Shown here in pieces: positions 24,267 to 27,518 of a stretch of DNA of 27,518 nucleotides. The first letter of the stretch is position 1, and each line of letters starts with the position of its first letter. The translations under genes and the position numbers were made by a program. The DNA comes from a virus (lineage: Duplodnaviria; Caudoviricetes). A model generated the notes under the pieces. It was given only the letters and a program-made list of their open reading frames with translations. It did not search any database and had not been told where the DNA came from. The stretch lies in IMG/VR virus record IMGVR_UViG_3300031896_000088, positions 1 to 27,518 of that record. One strand, given 5' to 3'.

Positions 24267-25426
24267 CAGCTGATCACCCCGGTGATTGTTCCATCATTAG
24301 CCAGCGGCGCGATTCCGGTCATCGTGAGATCAGACGTGCCCATAGAGCCACCGTGGATACCGATAGTCAAGCTCACGATGTAGTCTACACCGGACACATC
24401 GTTGATCACATTCGCTATCTCGAGATAGCGGACCGTTGTCACGTTGTTCCAAACCTGCGGATCGCCGCTGATGTCTGTCCCCCACGTAGCAGGATTCAGG
24501 TAGCCAGACAGAGCCGTATTCACCGCCGTTGCCAAAGCCGTAGGATCTTGACCCACAAGAGCCTTGGCGTTGTACGTTACGTCGATCAGGACGACATTCG
24601 CGTCGGCGGTGTTGACGACGAAGTTGACCTCGCGCCGCGCAGTGAGATCAGCGGCCACAGCTGCCTTCACGGGCGTGCTGACCGGATTACCGTTCTGGTC
24701 GATCGAGATCACCGTCACCATACGTGGGTTGCCCGTGGAAGGACCGGAAGGATTGTAGCCATCGATCGTCGTCGCCCGATAGACACCAGGGATGTTGCGC
24801 GCAAACACGGAGAAGTCGGCCGGCAAGATCGGACGTGGCGCTAGCAGCTGAAGCTCTGCTACTAGACGGCTGAGATAGTCATCATCAGCCTCAGCGTCTA
24901 CACCTCCGGCAGTGGGGCCAGTCAGTGTAATGGTCGACACAAACGTGAGCGGATCAATCAGGTCAACCGTACTGCCTGGAGCGCCCAGGTTAGTTGAATC
25001 AGCGCCGGGATCCTGTGCGATGATGGTGATAGTCGCCGTGGTGCTTCCCGGAGGAACCGTCACATCACCCGAGGTTAGGAACACATAGCTCACATCGCCA
25101 GATGCGGGAACGCCCACCTGTGTACCGTCCGGAATGGTGTAGCCAGCATTGTCTAGCATCGTCCACGTCGTCGTCCCCGAGGCAGGCTGCGCATCCTGCG
25201 GCGGCAGCTGAAGCAGGTTTGCTCCAAACCAGCGGAAGATGCTCGATGGTACTGCACTCGCCACATCGCGCGACTCAGCGGCGACAAACGCCATGGACAT
25301 AAGCAACCAAACATCAAGGCTACCAGGATTAGGCGTCCACCCCGGCACGACGGTCTGAAGGAAGGTGTAGCATTCGTTCAGGATGTCCTGAGGATCAGTG
25401 TCGATCGGGATATCAATGTACGTCAT
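24266..25426 (-). CDS. Baseplate J/gp47-like protein
   Basis: TIPDGTQV, A..PGA..N, GGVDAE.DDDY..RL, A..IPGV.RA, V.GVDYI. Confidence 0.92.
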   Translation of the reverse strand: MTYIDIPIDTDPQDILNECYTFLQTVVPGWTPNPGSLDVWLLMSMAFVAAESRDVASAVPSSIFRWFGANLLQLPPQDAQPASGTTTWTMLDNAGYTIPDGTQVGVPASGDVSYVFLTSGDVTVPPGSTTATITIIAQDPGADSTNLGAPGSTVDLIDPLTFVSTITLTGPTAGGVDAEADDDYLSRLVAELQLLAPRPILPADFSVFARNIPGVYRATTIDGYNPSGPSTGNPRMVTVISIDQNGNPVSTPVKAAVAADLTARREVNFVVNTADANVVLIDVTYNAKALVGQDPTALATAVNTALSGYLNPATWGTDISGDPQVWNNVTTVRYLEIANVINDVSGVDYIVSLTIGIHGGSMGTSDLTMTGIAPLANDGTITGVIS

Positions 25427-25752
25427 ACGTTCACCTCCTTCGCCGACACCGCCAACAAGACGCGAGCGATGAGCTGATCAAACTCGTCCGGAGACTGCGA
25501 CATGTACAGAGCAGCACGTGGTTCGTACTTCAAGACAGCATCGATGATTCTCTGCACATCAATCGGCTGAATTCCGAATGTAGGGTCTGGAATGCCGAAG
25601 TCAGGGAGCTCTTCACGCTGCCCGATGATGGTGAGGCACGATGCCTCAACACATGCGCTGATATCTTCGATCGTATCCTGCTCAATGACAGCCGCACTGC
25701 TACCGTCCCAATTGAACGGGATAGCCAGATGCGGGACTAGAACGGCCACCAT
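25423..25752 (-). CDS. Baseplate wedge protein, gp25/gpW-like
   Basis: T..GQR..LPDFG.P and I..AV.KYEPRA; probable start ATG 25752. Confidence 0.85.
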   Translation of the reverse strand: MVAVLVPHLAIPFNWDGSSAAVIEQDTIEDISACVEASCLTIIGQREELPDFGIPDPTFGIQPIDVQRIIDAVLKYEPRAALYMSQSPDEFDQLIARVLLAVSAKEVNV

Positions 25753-25991
25753 GCCACCACCCAGGGAGTACGACGATTGTCCCAAACGATCAAACACGGA
25801 TCCCCCTTTGCGGGCAGGGACGTTGCATCCCTAGCCTGCCAAGGGCAAGGACCCCATTCAAGCTTCGGATCAAATTCTGGTATGATTACATACGCCTTCT
25901 TGGCGAAGTCAGTCACGGCGTGCGCGAAGAAGCCAAATAGCCTATCGGGCATCTCTGTATGATCCGGCATCAAGTCGCGAAAATCAGCCAT
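25737..25991 (-). CDS. Short baseplate spike-like protein (gpV/gp5 OB-fold N-terminal type)
   Basis: V.IP.F....WGPCPW...LPAKGD.CLIVWD...PWVV, between the hub and gp25 genes. Confidence 0.65.
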   Translation of the reverse strand: MADFRDLMPDHTEMPDRLFGFFAHAVTDFAKKAYVIIPEFDPKLEWGPCPWQARDATSLPAKGDPCLIVWDNRRTPWVVAWWPF

Positions 25992-27518
25992 CAGTTATGC
26001 GCCACCTGCGCATTCATGATATCCTGGATGTCGGGATGCCCCTTAGCCGGAGGATGTACACCCAGATGCACGTGATTGGCACCACCGTACTTGGCATAGT
26101 TCCCGATCGTCGCGATGACGTTGCCCTCGCCAACGCGCTGCCCCACATGGCAGGAGCGCGTCCCCAGGTGGGTGTAGAAGTAGTCCGCACCCGAGTCGCC
26201 GTGCAGATAGATGTTCCAGCCGAATGGCCCATGAATCCCGAGGGTAGGATCCCACGGTCCCAGGGCAGGATCTTCTCCTGAGAAACGAGTGATCGTGCCG
26301 CTCTCAACCGCAAGCACGGGAGCGCCAGCATTGCCGCCGAAGTCGCAGGCTGGATAGCCAGGTAGGCCAGCTGTGGGGTGTACACCCTGAATGATGTGCG
26401 TATCGTACCCTGCCGGGACAGGCTGCACTAGTACCCCAGGATCGATCGGATAGGAGGCTGGTGGCTTAGGCTGCGGTGTGCCACCCCAGGTCCACTTGTT
26501 AGTGCCCGCGCCCTGTGTCGTACTAGTGTTGCTACCAGACGGCTCAGGTAGGCTGGGCAATGGCTTCTTCAGGGTGATGGTGCCCTCTCGGCTGAAGACA
26601 CTACGGCTCACATCATTGACTAGCCAGCGTCCATTCCACGGTCCCATGTTCTGTAGCTGTATCACGCTGCCTGGTGGAGACGTCCAGCGACCCATCATCA
26701 CATTCAAGGTTACTGTCGCGGCCTTGGTATTTTCATCGTAGTCACCATCAATAGACATCACACCGGGTGACCACTCGTTGAGCGTGGCGATGGGCTGTGA
26801 TTTGAACAGATCATCTTCAGAGATAAAGTAGAACGTACCGCTTACGAAGAATGCGCGCCACTGCACCTCGTTGGCTAGACGCTGCCAAGCTTCCCAAGTG
26901 CTCTCCTTGCCCCAGGAACCAGCCTTACCCTTCTTCTTCTGGGTGGAGCTCATGGGCGGAATGCCCCTGTAGAACTCGTAGTCACCCATACTACCGCTGG
27001 TTGTCTGTTGCTCCCACTGGGCATTCATTGCAGCAGAAGAACCATCAGTCACACCATAGGCATTCACGATACGTTCTGCTTCAGTGCGCCACTGAGCATA
27101 GGCTTGACCGTTACCGCTGTTTTGCACACGCTCGATCAGCGTGTAGTATTGCTGCCCCTTGCTAGACTGATAGATCGGCGAGAGTTTGTTGTAGAATGCT
27201 AGCGCATCTCTCGAGACATCACGCGAGGCAGGCCAGCCCCACTTGGCAATCTGCTGGAAGCAACCCACCGGATTTCCGCGCGGATCGGGACCCAGATAGT
27301 TGCCAGAGCCCGGAGACCCGGCCATCAAGTTGATGATCGAGCTCTCCTGCTCAACGCACATGATTGCCATTACGAGCATCGGACGAGGCAGCGCATGACT
27401 CGCGCCCACGTCCAAGATCAGATTTGCGTTCTTGCGTTGCTCGGCAGAAATCGGCTGACCCTTGACGGTCAGATCAGTCCCAGCAGGGATGCCAAGTGAC
27501 TTGTCGTGTTGCTTCTGC
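25991..27518 (-). CDS. Baseplate hub-like protein with lysozyme-like and C-terminal M23 peptidase domains (5' partial)
   Basis: Frame is open to the window edge (QKQHDK...EQRKNANLILD). QES...GCFQQ..WG...AFY...VQ.S...AYA.W marks a lysozyme-like domain; ESTW....RLA.E..W..F...G..YF and PG..I.L..G..NG.W.V..V mark a gpD-type hub; H...D, YTHL and HVH mark M23. Confidence 0.85.
   Translation of the reverse strand, partial: QKQHDKSLGIPAGTDLTVKGQPISAEQRKNANLILDVGASHALPRPMLVMAIMCVEQESSIINLMAGSPGSGNYLGPDPRGNPVGCFQQIAKWGWPASRDVSRDALAFYNKLSPIYQSSKGQQYYTLIERVQNSGNGQAYAQWRTEAERIVNAYGVTDGSSAAMNAQWEQQTTSGSMGDYEFYRGIPPMSSTQKKKGKAGSWGKESTWEAWQRLANEVQWRAFFVSGTFYFISEDDLFKSQPIATLNEWSPGVMSIDGDYDENTKAATVTLNVMMGRWTSPPGSVIQLQNMGPWNGRWLVNDVSRSVFSREGTITLKKPLPSLPEPSGSNTSTTQGAGTNKWTWGGTPQPKPPASYPIDPGVLVQPVPAGYDTHIIQGVHPTAGLPGYPACDFGGNAGAPVLAVESGTITRFSGEDPALGPWDPTLGIHGPFGWNIYLHGDSGADYFYTHLGTRSCHVGQRVGEGNVIATIGNYAKYGGANHVHLGVHPPAKGHPDIQDIMNAQVAHN

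Larger units (their letters stand above)
1..27518. mobile_element. Tailed phage (or prophage) genome segment with replication and contractile-tail baseplate modules
   Basis: Baseplate J, gp25-like and P2 gpI-like genes, a phage-type replication/recombination cluster and densely packed small ORFs. No host housekeeping operon, integrase or att site is visible. Confidence 0.95.

Overview
This window is a 27.5 kb segment of a GC-rich tailed phage genome with a contractile-tail (myovirus-type) baseplate, probably infecting an actinobacterium. The + strand (1-22.4 kb) carries small early-type genes separated by hairpin-rich spacers, a double-HTH/AT-hook protein and a SNF2-like helicase. It continues with a recombination module (Cas4/RecB-like exonuclease, AAA ATPase, SSB-like protein), a DnaG-type primase fused to an MCM-type helicase, an FAD-dependent enzyme, a DUF1599-like protein, DnaE, a secreted Rpf-like lysozyme, HU, ThyX and an HNH protein. 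The - strand (22.3-27.5 kb) converges on this with baseplate and tail genes. The most unusual signals are: (1) two structured non-coding RNA candidates carrying anti-Shine-Dalgarno tracts complementary to this phage's own ribosome-binding sites, lying in the two spacers that share a 22-bp promoter-upstream box; (2) a string of SD-preceded +1-frame ORFs overprinted on dnaE; (3) a primase-MCM fusion lacking the TOPRIM glutamate; (4) a stand-alone phage Rpf; (5) a CpG-palindrome tract that may be the origin. All family calls come from motif recognition by eye. No database searches or folding programs were run.
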